Shown here one piece after another: positions 42,463-52,581 of a DNA stretch of 62,269 nucleotides. Position numbers and translations under genes: made by a program. The notes beneath the pieces were generated by a model. That model searched no databases and was not told where the DNA came from. It saw only the letters and a program-made list of their open reading frames with translations. Origin of the DNA: Rhodothermales bacterium (GTDB lineage Bacteria; Bacteroidota; Rhodothermia; Rhodothermales; Bin80); the NCBI GenBank assembly GCA_012271205.1, contig JAAXGT010000075.1, positions 1 to 62,269 of the forward strand, in the 5' to 3' direction. How positions within the stretch are numbered: the stretch's first letter is position 1; the number at the start of each line of letters is the position of its first letter.

Positions 42463-44289
42463 TTATTGCGTATTGCGGAAGAAGAGCAGGCCCCCACCCA
42501 AACCGCCGCTAAAAAGGTCGAGGTCGCCATCCATGTCAATGTCGACCAGCGCCGGGGCTGCATATATCGGTGCTGGAATGGCCAGCGTGCCCGACTCCTC
42601 GAAACTGGGCTCCCTAGGGCTACCAACATTAAGGTAGATGGCCACACCATCGTATTCGCGACCGAGTAGCAGGTCTTGGTCGCCGTCGCCGTCCAAGTCA
42701 GCAAAGCGCGGCACGCTCCGTCGACCGGCATCAATTCCTCCGAACTTGTCGCTGACCAGCTCAAACTTTGGTTCTGTGGGCGTACCGGTATTGCGGTAGA
42801 AGTTCAAATCCCCCGATGATTCTCCAGCGAACAGGTCCAGATCTGCGTCCCCATCAATATCCACCAAGGCCGGGGCGGAATTGCTGCCGCGTGTCAAGGT
42901 GACGGTCATGCCATCCACCTGCACAAAGTCCGGATTTTCAGGTGTGCCCTCATTGCTCATGAGCATCATGCCCTTGTTCCAGGTCCCTAGGAGCATATCC
43001 AAGTCTCCGTCGGCATCCAGATCACCCAGAGCCGGCGCAAAATGAAAATGCCCCTCAAACTCCATGGGCCCGCGATGCTGGAAAGTCACTTCACCCTCCT
43101 CTGAAAGATTTTCGAAGTAATGTACTTGTCCTGTATCAAAGTCAAACGTCGTAATCTTGTTGGCGAGCAGCAAATCTTGGTCGCCGTCGCCATCCAAATC
43201 AGCAAAAGCCGGGTAGGTCTCAGCCCCGACATCGATACCTGTGATGAAGGCCTGGCTACGCAAATCAAGTCCGTTGTCGGTGTACTCGTAGTGATAAAAG
43301 TTGTCTGCCGCCGTTCGGATTGGATTAAAGGCGCCGCCCAAAACACCCAGGAAGAAATCCTGATCGCCATCACCATCCAGATCCGTGAAGAGCGGCGCAT
43401 TATAGCCGCTCGTTTCCACGGGATCGAGTAGCGGGAAAGGAATCGGCTGATTGCGCAAATTGGGAGCAGCGCAAGTGCCGGTGTTTGGTATAAGCAGCAC
43501 GCCCGGCTCAAAGAAATCACCCCAGAACAGGTCCGGATCTCCGTCACCTTCAACATCATGAAACGTAAGCGCGTTGGCACCGTGCAGCGAGACAAACTGG
43601 TTGACAATCTCGATATCCTCGAAGCGCCGGGTCACGAGCTCGAACTGCGGCAGCCCCTGATCGTCGGTCCCCACAGATTCGTACCGCAGCACCGTACCAT
43701 CAACGCGGCCAATGAAGAGATCAAGCAGGTCATCGCAGTCCAGGTCCGTCAGACTCGGAATATTCTGCCGGTCCGCAAATAGCGGAATGCCCTGTGCGTC
43801 CCTCAGTGAATCTATCGCGGTCCTGAAAGCCGGCACAGTTGGCGTCCCCTCATTGCGAAACAGGCGAATATAACTGTAGCGCGTTTCGCCCAGGAGATCG
43901 AAATCTCCGTCACTGTCCAGATCGAAGAATCGGTACCACTCGCCTACATCCAGCCCACCGTAATGGTCACTGCGCCATACAAACTTGGGGGCTTGCGGCG
44001 AACCGGTATTCTCGAAATACTTGATGTGGCCAGTCACCTCCTGTACAAACAGGTCGGGATCTCCATCACCATCAATGTCGACGAACTGTGGGCGTGGAAG
44101 GTTGAAGCCGCCATAGAAGGGATGCTCCAGCGGGGCTCCCTCTTCATTAAGAACGGCAAACGGATAAATCTCCTGCTCAAATACGGGTGGATACACGGGT
44201 TGCGTTTTCAGCCCCTGCCTGGACGAGGTGCAGCCGGCAGCCATGAACACGACGATCCCCAGATGCAATAACGTGCGCTTTCGGACCAT
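42463..44289 (-). CDS. FG-GAP/VCBS repeat lipoprotein (Ca-binding beta-propeller)
   Basis: Lipobox MAAGC and about ten P.F.D.DGDGD.DL repeats, each followed by Y..N.GT...P.F. Confidence 0.9.
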   Translation of the reverse strand: MVRKRTLLHLGIVVFMAAGCTSSRQGLKTQPVYPPVFEQEIYPFAVLNEEGAPLEHPFYGGFNLPRPQFVDIDGDGDPDLFVQEVTGHIKYFENTGSPQAPKFVWRSDHYGGLDVGEWYRFFDLDSDGDFDLLGETRYSYIRLFRNEGTPTVPAFRTAIDSLRDAQGIPLFADRQNIPSLTDLDCDDLLDLFIGRVDGTVLRYESVGTDDQGLPQFELVTRRFEDIEIVNQFVSLHGANALTFHDVEGDGDPDLFWGDFFEPGVLLIPNTGTCAAPNLRNQPIPFPLLDPVETSGYNAPLFTDLDGDGDQDFFLGVLGGAFNPIRTAADNFYHYEYTDNGLDLRSQAFITGIDVGAETYPAFADLDGDGDQDLLLANKITTFDFDTGQVHYFENLSEEGEVTFQHRGPMEFEGHFHFAPALGDLDADGDLDMLLGTWNKGMMLMSNEGTPENPDFVQVDGMTVTLTRGSNSAPALVDIDGDADLDLFAGESSGDLNFYRNTGTPTEPKFELVSDKFGGIDAGRRSVPRFADLDGDGDQDLLLGREYDGVAIYLNVGSPREPSFEESGTLAIPAPIYAAPALVDIDMDGDLDLFSGGLGGGLLFFRNTQ

Positions 44290-44290
44290 C

Positions 44291-45643
44291 CTAACGAGTT
44301 CCCAGCCCGGTGGGGTTGGGTCCAACCTCAAGCATCTTTTCTATGCTGTGCGTCTGGGTATTGATAACCGCAATGGCACCGGGCATCAGGTCACTCTTCC
44401 ACTGATAGCGCCCTTTGAAAACCCCGTTCAGGTTATTGTTGGAGATGTATACGTAGTGTCCGTCCGGGGATATAGCCGCACCATGAGGCTGAGCCAATCC
44501 TTCCACGACTCCAGCCACGCGACGTTCAATGATGTCGACAACCGTAGCTGTTCCGGCCATTTTGTTGCCAATCCAAACTTGCGTGCCATCCGGGCTGAAT
44601 ACCGGATGCCATGGAGCAGCGCCTATCTTGATGGATTCCATCAGGACGGGTACCTCGGGAGCCGAGGTGTCAAAGAAAAAGAACTGTCCCGTGAGTTGTC
44701 CTCCCACTACCATGGTGCGGCCGTCCGGCGAAATCGCAAACTGCACCAGCGTGTGTGTCTCCCCTTCAATGGAGGTCAACTCCAGGTTCTCCGTTTCGTG
44801 ATTCAACGTGGCCATGCTGTTCTGGGCCAGGCTGCCTACGTACACATAGGTGCCCAAAGGGTGGATCGCCAGCGCGTGCGGGCGCGGGAAGAACACGTCG
44901 ATCTCTTCGATCTCCATGCTTGTACGGTCGATTCGCCCGATCCGCTGCGGCGGGTTGACCGCCTTCATGGATCGCCCCACAAACAGCAGATTCTGATCCT
45001 GATGCACAGCCACCATGCCCGGTCGTTCAAAGTTCGTACGGCCAACGAGTTCGTTTTCGCGGTTGAATTTGAGCACGACGTCATCGCCAATAAGCGACAC
45101 GTAGAAGGCCGACCCGTCTGGTTCCACCGCTACATGGTGCGGCCTGGAGTCCGCCGTAAAGCCCAATTCCTGCAAGTCAATGGTCCGAATGACCACATTG
45201 GCATCCATATCGATCACCACTACTGTTGCAGCGCCCTGAATGCAGGCATACAACAGGTTGGTGGCGTCAGCATAGGCTATCGAGCCATCGTCGCTGGGTG
45301 CCCCGCTGTCTATCCATTGTCGCACGGCAGCCATGTCGGCTTCCGACAACTGTGCCGCACGGATCCGCAGCGGATCCGTGTCCGCCAGTTGTGTGGTCAA
45401 TCGAATCAGCAGACTACGATCCGCATCATAGGGGATTACTACTTCACCATGATTGGAACCCGCCATAAGGGCATCCCAAGAGTCGAGATCGAGGCCGGTT
45501 TCGCGTTCCAGTAGCGGGGCAAACTTCTGCTGCAGAATTGGCAGGATATCCTGACTGAAAACGACAGGCTGGCTCTGGGCTACAGCACCCGCGACCGGAA
45601 AAAGCAGGTATGCCGCGAGAGCGGTAAATGCGATACGCATCAC
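44291..45643 (-). CDS. YncE/YVTN-like beta-propeller with N-terminal PSCyt1-like domain lacking CxxCH
   Basis: Signal peptide; VVFSQDILPIL...GLDLDS...G..VIP.D...SLL...LS..D...V..WID.GA; propeller repeats PHHVAVEPDG, PHALAIHP, FSPDG and PHGAAISPDG. Confidence 0.8.
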   Translation of the reverse strand: MMRIAFTALAAYLLFPVAGAVAQSQPVVFSQDILPILQQKFAPLLERETGLDLDSWDALMAGSNHGEVVIPYDADRSLLIRLTTQLADTDPLRIRAAQLSEADMAAVRQWIDSGAPSDDGSIAYADATNLLYACIQGAATVVVIDMDANVVIRTIDLQELGFTADSRPHHVAVEPDGSAFYVSLIGDDVVLKFNRENELVGRTNFERPGMVAVHQDQNLLFVGRSMKAVNPPQRIGRIDRTSMEIEEIDVFFPRPHALAIHPLGTYVYVGSLAQNSMATLNHETENLELTSIEGETHTLVQFAISPDGRTMVVGGQLTGQFFFFDTSAPEVPVLMESIKIGAAPWHPVFSPDGTQVWIGNKMAGTATVVDIIERRVAGVVEGLAQPHGAAISPDGHYVYISNNNLNGVFKGRYQWKSDLMPGAIAVINTQTHSIEKMLEVGPNPTGLGTR

Positions 45644-48009
45644 GTGTCTACACTTCGCTTTTTGACAATGAACAAGCCCTCATTCCCACTCGTGACTACA
45701 ATGGAGCCGCTGGGGAAGTACGGATAGTTGCTCCATGATCCGCCAAATCCGGGCTTGTCCGGACCGTGCGGTACGGTGTCGAAAAAGCCAACTTCGACCG
45801 GATTGGCTACATCGCTGATATCCAGAATGCGCAGGCCGCTTTCGTAGTTGGACTGGTACATCAAATCGCCCAAAATGTACAGGTTGTGGTCGCTGGACGG
45901 GTTTTCTGACAAGTGCTCCTTTAGCAGCTGCGGATCGTCAAGATCCGACACGTCCCAGATAAGGGTGCGCGTGTTTTCAACGCCGCCTTGGAGCTCATCA
46001 AGCTCGTCATTCATAAAGAAGTACGCCTGATCTTCGGTAAGCCACCCCTGGTGCGCGTAGGCCACGTTTGGATAAGAGGCATTGGAGAGGGCAATTGTGT
46101 TGTCCTTGTCCGTTACGTCCGAAATGCTTAGCGCGGTTTCGTTCGAATTAAAGCAAATCTCACGGCCGCTATAATCCGTGTCCGGGCCGTTGTAAATGAC
46201 ACACTGGGCATCATGGGAATAGCCAGTACCATTTCTTCCAGTACCCGTGTCGGCGAAGCAGCCTGAGAACGAGGGATTCAGGGGATCCTGAATCCTGATT
46301 ATGTGCAGTCCGCCGCCGCAAGTTTCACCGCCGCCGTTGCTGCCGACTGCGAATGCATAGCCCGTGTCTTCATTAATAACGATGTTGTGGGCACTGGCTA
46401 TCCCGTCATAGAGGGCACTGGCAGAATAAACGGCGGGTTCGTCAGTCATCTCGCGCAACTGCGTCAAATCAAAAACCTGCATGCCGTGTTCGCCCGCGCC
46501 ATCTGCTACTATGAAGGCATAGTTTTGATAGACCTTGATATCTCGCCAAACGGCGGGATTTGCTCCTTCTGTCAGTGGTAAGTCGCCTTTGAGTACGGGG
46601 TTGGCCGGATCGGTGATGTCAACAAACGAGGTTCCGTCGTTACGTCCGACCAAGGCATACTCTCGGCCTGACTCCAGGTCGGTCCAGCCCCAAATATCAT
46701 TGGTGCGCGAGGATTCACCACCCCCCAAATCGGGCACCGTCATAAATGAGAGCAAATCCACATTACTGCAATCGAAATGGGAGGCCATACCCTCTGTACA
46801 GTCCACTGAACCAGAGGACTCGAGTACTATAGGAGGACCGGTGCTGGATATGGCGGCTTCTCTGGATAGTTCACCAGTTTCCGGATCCAGCGTAACCAAA
46901 GAGACGGCACCCTCGCCCGAGTTGGCAGCAGGCGCACTGATAATTGCAATGTTATCCGAAAGCGACAACACCATGCCAAATGCCTGTTCTCCAGAGTTCG
47001 CGCCAATCTCTCCAGTCATCGTCCACTGTCCGCTGCCCATATCGAGGGCATAGCTGTACGCAGCGCCAGAAAACGCATTGGCTCCGGCGGCTCCTACTAA
47101 AAGGTGATGGCCGTCCAGTTCAAATGAAAAGCCATATAAATCAATATTGCCAGCCGGCCCGGATAACACCTGAAGCGCCTCCATACCGTTATCGGTGACC
47201 TGCGCCCAGACTACGTTGCCGGGGGGAGGTGGTGCTGTGGGCTGCACGTTCGGTGCGAGCCCAGGTGCGCCCACTAGAACCTGGTCACCATTGAGCGCTT
47301 GTATTTTAACGCCGAATGCGGTCCCAGCCAAGGCCAGAGGTGTCGGGTCCAGTATTTGTGTCTCTACCCATTCTTCGTGCGGCATCCGGAAAACATGCAC
47401 GACCCCTGCACCCTCATTGCTGCCCGGTGCGCCGACATAAATCGTCTCGCCGTCTGTTGAGGTGCTGATGCCAAACAAGCTGCCTTCCTGGATTTCTGCC
47501 GGTGCGAGGCTACCAGATTGCATCCAACCGTCGGCGTCGTGTGTGAAAACGACGACCGGTGCGCCTCCTCGCATACCGCCACTGGCGATGAAATCAGGGC
47601 CAACCGCCAGGTTGGCACCAATCTGATCGGCCTCTCCGGCTGTCAATTTGGCGGTTTCGGTCCAGCCGCCGGTCCGCATGTCCCGCTCAAATACGTATAT
47701 GGCCCCTGCGCCGGCTTCCAAGGACGGTGCACCAACGACCAGCCGGTTATTCCGGACGTTCAGCGCATATCCAAACCAATCGCCCTCTGTGCCGTCAGAA
47801 GCAGTGAGTTCGGCCGCGACATTCCACTGGGAACCAGCCAGGGATCGCTGAAAAATGAACACGGTACCCGGTTTGCCAAAAGGGGCAGGATGGCCCACGA
47901 GCAGGTTGTCACCACTGATGCCGGTTGATAACCCGAACGCATTGATCTGCGCTTGCGCGGCAATTACCGGACAAGAGAAAAGAAGAAGTAGCGGGATAAG
48001 GCGCTTCAT
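45640..48009 (-). CDS. Choice-of-anchor B family protein (FG-GAP N-half + LVIVD-like C-half), copy 2
   Basis: NDIWGWTD, WRDIKVY, HGMQVFDL, AHNIVINE, GGLH, YSHDAQCVIY.GPD, YAHQGW, DHNLY and WSNYPYF. Confidence 0.88.
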   Translation of the reverse strand: MKRLIPLLLLFSCPVIAAQAQINAFGLSTGISGDNLLVGHPAPFGKPGTVFIFQRSLAGSQWNVAAELTASDGTEGDWFGYALNVRNNRLVVGAPSLEAGAGAIYVFERDMRTGGWTETAKLTAGEADQIGANLAVGPDFIASGGMRGGAPVVVFTHDADGWMQSGSLAPAEIQEGSLFGISTSTDGETIYVGAPGSNEGAGVVHVFRMPHEEWVETQILDPTPLALAGTAFGVKIQALNGDQVLVGAPGLAPNVQPTAPPPPGNVVWAQVTDNGMEALQVLSGPAGNIDLYGFSFELDGHHLLVGAAGANAFSGAAYSYALDMGSGQWTMTGEIGANSGEQAFGMVLSLSDNIAIISAPAANSGEGAVSLVTLDPETGELSREAAISSTGPPIVLESSGSVDCTEGMASHFDCSNVDLLSFMTVPDLGGGESSRTNDIWGWTDLESGREYALVGRNDGTSFVDITDPANPVLKGDLPLTEGANPAVWRDIKVYQNYAFIVADGAGEHGMQVFDLTQLREMTDEPAVYSASALYDGIASAHNIVINEDTGYAFAVGSNGGGETCGGGLHIIRIQDPLNPSFSGCFADTGTGRNGTGYSHDAQCVIYNGPDTDYSGREICFNSNETALSISDVTDKDNTIALSNASYPNVAYAHQGWLTEDQAYFFMNDELDELQGGVENTRTLIWDVSDLDDPQLLKEHLSENPSSDHNLYILGDLMYQSNYESGLRILDISDVANPVEVGFFDTVPHGPDKPGFGGSWSNYPYFPSGSIVVTSGNEGLFIVKKRSVDT

Positions 48010-48083
48010 AATCCAATTTTAAATTGTTAGGATTGGGTTAAACAGTACAGATAAACGGGACGTGCCTCAAAAGGATGCAGCGT

Positions 48084-50453
48084 TCAAATGTCTACATCTT
48101 GCTTCTTGAGAATGAAGAGGCCTTCATCAATGCTGGTGACCACGATAGTTCCGCTCTCAAAATAGGGATAATTGCTCCACGAGCCGATGAATCCGGGGGA
48201 ATCGGGGGCCACCGTAATTGTGTCGAAGAACCCAACTTCCACCGGGTTTGTCATGTCGCTGATATCAAAGATGCGCAGACCACTTCCATAATTGGACTGG
48301 TACATCAGATTGTCGCGAATGTACAAGTTGTGATCGCTCGAAGTATTCTCGGCCAAGAACTCGCGGGCGAGTTGCGGGTCATCCAAATCTGTGACATCCC
48401 AGATTAAGGTCCGGGTACGATCAGCCACGTCACCGAGCTCGTCAAGCTCGTCATTCATGAAGAAGAAGCTGTGGTCTTCAGTCAGCCATCCTTGGTGGGC
48501 ATACCGGACATTGGGGTACGAGGCATTGGAAATAGCTGCCGGATTCTCCTTATCGGTTACGTCCGAGATACTGAGTGCGGTTTCATTCGAGTTAAAGCAG
48601 ATTTCTTTGCCGCGGTAGTCGACATCCGGACCATTGTAAATCACGCACTGAGCATCGTGAGAGTAGCCCGTGCCGCCCCGTCCGGTATCCACATCTGAAA
48701 AACATCCCTCAAAGGTCGGGTTGGCTGGTTCCTGGATATTGACCATGTGCAGGCCACCGCCACACGTCTCGCCATCACCGCTGGCCCCCACGATAAATGC
48801 GTATCCTGTGGCCTCGTTAATGACGATGTTGTGTGCGCTCCCTACACCATCGTAGGTCGTGAGAGCTTCAAACATAGCTGGGGGCGAAGACACGTCGCGC
48901 AGCTGCGTCAGATCAAATACCTGCATGCCATGAGCACCGGCGCCGTCTGAGACTACGAATGCATGGTCGTTGTAGACTTTGATGTCACGCCATGTACTCC
49001 GCTGGGCTCCTTCGGTCAGGGGCAGATCACCGATGAGCACCGGCGCGGACGGATTCGAGATATCGACAAAGGCCGTGCCATTTGTTCTTCCGACGAGCGC
49101 GTACTCAACGCCGGTTTCGGGATCTGTCCATCCCCAGATATCATTGAGGCTGATGCCGGCCTCGCCGCCCAAATCGCTGATGGGCATAAAGGCCAAGAGG
49201 TCTATATTGCTGCAACCAAAGTGCAGTACCGTTCCTGCTTCACAGTCCACGCGTCCTGATCGCGTCAGCGTTATTTCCTCCACCAGAGCCATGCGCCCGG
49301 TCCGGTCTGCGCCATCATCTGTGATGGTAAAAGCCACGATCGCGCCCTGATCGTAATTTTCTCCCGGTGCCAGCGCCGCCACATGATTGCCATTCAGAGC
49401 CACAGTTGACCCGAGTCCACTTTCATTCTCCGCCGCTTCGACTTCGAATGTCAGAACCCAAGAAGATGTTGTTGCCTGACGGGTATAAATCTGAACCTTG
49501 GGGCCACCGCCCGGCAAACCGATCAGAAGCCGTTCGCTACTTAAGGCCATGGGGATTTCTGCATTGTATTGGAGAGAGCGATCACGAAGGCTGTCGATCA
49601 CGATAGTCTGCGTCCACATGCCGGCATCATCGAGCGAGAGTTCGAAGATTGGGCCAGAGGCAGGGATGTTGCTAAATCTGATTTGTCGCACTCCAGCGTC
49701 GAAGAGCTCCTGAATGCTGAGTCCCGGCGCAGGTGCGAGTACTAATCCCGGTGCATAAGCGTATAGTGCTTTTCCGAACCCCTTTTGTCCGGGTGCGTCG
49801 AGCGTAGCCTCATGTGCAAAACCTGATTCGGACGGACGGAAGACGTAAACGGCCCCTGCCAATGAGTCGCGACCCGGTGCCCCTACATAGATACGTTCTC
49901 CATCGTAAGCGACCGCTTCGCCGAAGCGATCGCTTACGGCGAGACCGTCGGCCGTAAGGCGCTCAACCGTTTGGGCCTCAGCGCCGATATTTTGTACGAC
50001 CAGTACGGTATTGATACCTGGTGCGCCCGCCAGTAGCGTAGTCCCATGCAGATCCACCGCCATGCCCAGCCGCGCACTGCTGTCCGGGACAGCCAGCCGG
50101 TCCAGCGGTGCCCACTCACCTGAATCCGACTCACGTATGAACAGATATACTGCACCACGGCCGTCATCCGCACCTTCGGCCCCCACAGCCAGCATTTCGC
50201 CTTCCAGATCCATAACGGACGCGAATGAGTCGTCTGGCCCCACCCCATCCACGACATGCGTGGCAGCCAGTTCCCAGCCGTCATTCGAGGGTCGGAAAAC
50301 ACGCAGCGCGGCGGCCGATTCGCTGTAGACGGGCTGGCCGGCAATGATTTCACCGTCTCCCATTACAAGGGCGGATCCAAGCTCCGTGCTGGTTTGCTGG
50401 GCTCCCGTTGTAGCGGCGCATCCGCAAAGGCAAAAAATGAGGAGAAAACGCAT
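48084..50453 (-). CDS. Choice-of-anchor B family protein (FG-GAP N-half + LVIVD-like C-half), copy 1
   Basis: Same motif set as the neighbouring paralogue; signal peptide; VGAP FG-GAP repeats. Confidence 0.88.
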   Translation of the reverse strand: MRFLLIFCLCGCAATTGAQQTSTELGSALVMGDGEIIAGQPVYSESAAALRVFRPSNDGWELAATHVVDGVGPDDSFASVMDLEGEMLAVGAEGADDGRGAVYLFIRESDSGEWAPLDRLAVPDSSARLGMAVDLHGTTLLAGAPGINTVLVVQNIGAEAQTVERLTADGLAVSDRFGEAVAYDGERIYVGAPGRDSLAGAVYVFRPSESGFAHEATLDAPGQKGFGKALYAYAPGLVLAPAPGLSIQELFDAGVRQIRFSNIPASGPIFELSLDDAGMWTQTIVIDSLRDRSLQYNAEIPMALSSERLLIGLPGGGPKVQIYTRQATTSSWVLTFEVEAAENESGLGSTVALNGNHVAALAPGENYDQGAIVAFTITDDGADRTGRMALVEEITLTRSGRVDCEAGTVLHFGCSNIDLLAFMPISDLGGEAGISLNDIWGWTDPETGVEYALVGRTNGTAFVDISNPSAPVLIGDLPLTEGAQRSTWRDIKVYNDHAFVVSDGAGAHGMQVFDLTQLRDVSSPPAMFEALTTYDGVGSAHNIVINEATGYAFIVGASGDGETCGGGLHMVNIQEPANPTFEGCFSDVDTGRGGTGYSHDAQCVIYNGPDVDYRGKEICFNSNETALSISDVTDKENPAAISNASYPNVRYAHQGWLTEDHSFFFMNDELDELGDVADRTRTLIWDVTDLDDPQLAREFLAENTSSDHNLYIRDNLMYQSNYGSGLRIFDISDMTNPVEVGFFDTITVAPDSPGFIGSWSNYPYFESGTIVVTSIDEGLFILKKQDVDI

Positions 50454-50676
50454 GGAATGGTTTGTAATGTTCTGTGGATAATGGCATTAGAGCACCGGGC
50501 AACAATCAACAACAACAACCCCGCATGGATCCTCATGAGGTCATAGCAGACTATTCGACTTCAAGTAAATAACGTTCGAGTGCGGTGGCGCGTTGCAATG
50601 CACCTGCCGGCATTGAAGGTCACCGGCCACGGTAACCTGCGTGAAACGTTTGTGCACGCGCGGCCAAGGTCGACAG

Positions 50677-52575
50677 CTACACTTCGAGCTCAAGAAAAAG
50701 CACGGAAAGGGGAGGCAATGTGACGGCTATGCTGGCGGGTTGATTATGATAGGGAATCGGAGCACCCTCAACACGCCCCAGGTTGCCCATTCCACTTCCG
50801 CCATAATGGGTTGCGTCGCTATTAAGCCGCTCCCGCCACCAGCCGTTCTGAGGTACGCCAATCCGGAAATTCATGCGCGGCACCGGCGTCAGGTTGAGAG
50901 CCACGATGAGTGCACGGTTGGCTGCTCTTCGCTCATAAATGAGTACTCCCTCGTCAGCATGTTCGCCCACCCATGCCCAGCCCTCGGGACGGTCATTCCA
51001 GAGGGCACTGCATTCCCGATACAGGGTGTTCAAATCTTGCACCCAGCGCATCAGGCCGGCATGCAGTGGATCTTCCAGCACGGTCCAGTTGAGCGTCAGG
51101 TCGTGATCCCATTCATCCGGCTGCCCAAATTCGCTGCCCATAAAGAGAAGCTTTTTGCCGGGATGGCCATACTGATGGCCCAGCAGCAGCCTTAAGTTCG
51201 CGGCTTTCTGCCATTTGTCCCCCGGCATACGACTCCATAGTGATCCTTTGCCATGCACGACTTCGTCGTGCGAAAACGGAAGTACGTAGTGCTCCGAAAA
51301 CGCATAGGTGAAGGAAAAAGTGAGCTTGTTGTGGTGATACTTGCGGTGCACGGGCTCCTCACGCATGTATGCGAGCACGTCATGCATCCAACCCATATTC
51401 CACTTGTACAGAAAACCCAGCCCGTGATCGTAGGTGGGCTTGGATACACCGTGAAATGCGGTGGACTCCTCGGCAATTGTAATAGCCCCGGGAAAATGGG
51501 AATAAATGGTCTCGTTGGTCTTCTTGATCAGATCGATGGCTTCCAGATTTTCCCGTCCGCCAAACCTGTTCGGGGTCCAGTCCGGTCGGGAGTAGTCGCG
51601 ATACAGCATGGACGCGACCGCATCCACACGCAGCCCGTCCACATGGTACTTGTCGAGCCAGAAGAGCGCATTGGAAACCAGAAAATTCTGCACGCCCGGC
51701 TTGTTGTAGTCAAATATGTACGTCCCCCAATCCGGATGATACCGCAATTGCGGATCGTCGTATTCGTACAAAGTGGTGCCGTCGAAAAAGACCAGCCCCT
51801 GCGGATCCGTGGCAAAGTGGGCCGGCACCCAGTCCACAATCACACCGATGCCACGCTGGTGCAAGGTGTCAATGAGATACATCAAATCATTGGGGGCGCC
51901 ATACCGGTACGTCGGGGCATAATAAGCAGCCACTTGGTAGCCCCAGGATCCGTAGTAGGCGTGCTCGGCCAGCGGCAACAACTCCACATGTGTAAAGCCA
52001 AGCTTTTCGACATGGTCGGCCAACGGTTCTGCAATGTCGCGGTAGGAAAATGATGCTGACTGCTCCCGGTGACGCCAGGATCCGAGATGGATTTCGTAGA
52101 TGGATACTGGTTCCTTTAACGTACCAGGTCCGGTTCGACTGTTCATCCAGTCGCTATCGTGCCAGGTATACTTCAGAGGATCCAGGATCGAAGAGAGACC
52201 CTGAACACTGCTGCCTGTCATGACCGGCGGCTCTAGCCGGAACGCAAAGGGGTCCGTCTTGTCGGCTGAATGGAGTCCATGCCGAATGCGATACTTGTAT
52301 CGCTGTCCGGCCTTTGCACCACGGACATATAGTTCCCAGCAGCCGCTGCCCGTACGGTGCATGGGATGAGCTGCCGGATTCCATGCATTAAAATCGCCCA
52401 GTATGCTCACCTGGTCCGCATTTGGTGCCCAAACGGCAAACCATGCGCCCCCCCGTCGCACGTGCCCCCCCAGCTTTTCATATGCTTTGGAAAGAGTGCC
52501 CTGACCCCAATAATACAGATCTTCGGACGTGAGCCATATTGCTCTTTTTCCGGTACGCGATTTGGATTTTTCCAC
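50677..52575 (-). CDS. glgB: 1,4-alpha-glucan branching enzyme (GH13)
   Basis: [48 protein letters not shown] and SHDEVVHGK. Confidence 0.97.
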   Translation of the reverse strand: MEKSKSRTGKRAIWLTSEDLYYWGQGTLSKAYEKLGGHVRRGGAWFAVWAPNADQVSILGDFNAWNPAAHPMHRTGSGCWELYVRGAKAGQRYKYRIRHGLHSADKTDPFAFRLEPPVMTGSSVQGLSSILDPLKYTWHDSDWMNSRTGPGTLKEPVSIYEIHLGSWRHREQSASFSYRDIAEPLADHVEKLGFTHVELLPLAEHAYYGSWGYQVAAYYAPTYRYGAPNDLMYLIDTLHQRGIGVIVDWVPAHFATDPQGLVFFDGTTLYEYDDPQLRYHPDWGTYIFDYNKPGVQNFLVSNALFWLDKYHVDGLRVDAVASMLYRDYSRPDWTPNRFGGRENLEAIDLIKKTNETIYSHFPGAITIAEESTAFHGVSKPTYDHGLGFLYKWNMGWMHDVLAYMREEPVHRKYHHNKLTFSFTYAFSEHYVLPFSHDEVVHGKGSLWSRMPGDKWQKAANLRLLLGHQYGHPGKKLLFMGSEFGQPDEWDHDLTLNWTVLEDPLHAGLMRWVQDLNTLYRECSALWNDRPEGWAWVGEHADEGVLIYERRAANRALIVALNLTPVPRMNFRIGVPQNGWWRERLNSDATHYGGSGMGNLGRVEGAPIPYHNQPASIAVTLPPLSVLFLELEV

Positions 52576-52581
52576 GATTAG

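Noticed and set aside
42463..44289. Recurring DxDGDGD-coding nucleotide repeats as a CRISPR or DNA repeat array
   Set aside because: Degenerate protein-level FG-GAP repeats, not identical repeats with spacers.
44228..45514. 428-aa plus-strand ORF
   Set aside because: Antisense shadow of the YncE-like gene, with no motifs of its own.
50500..50520. Short (CAA)n-like run upstream of the choice-of-anchor B operon
   Set aside because: Imperfect and too short to support phase variation.
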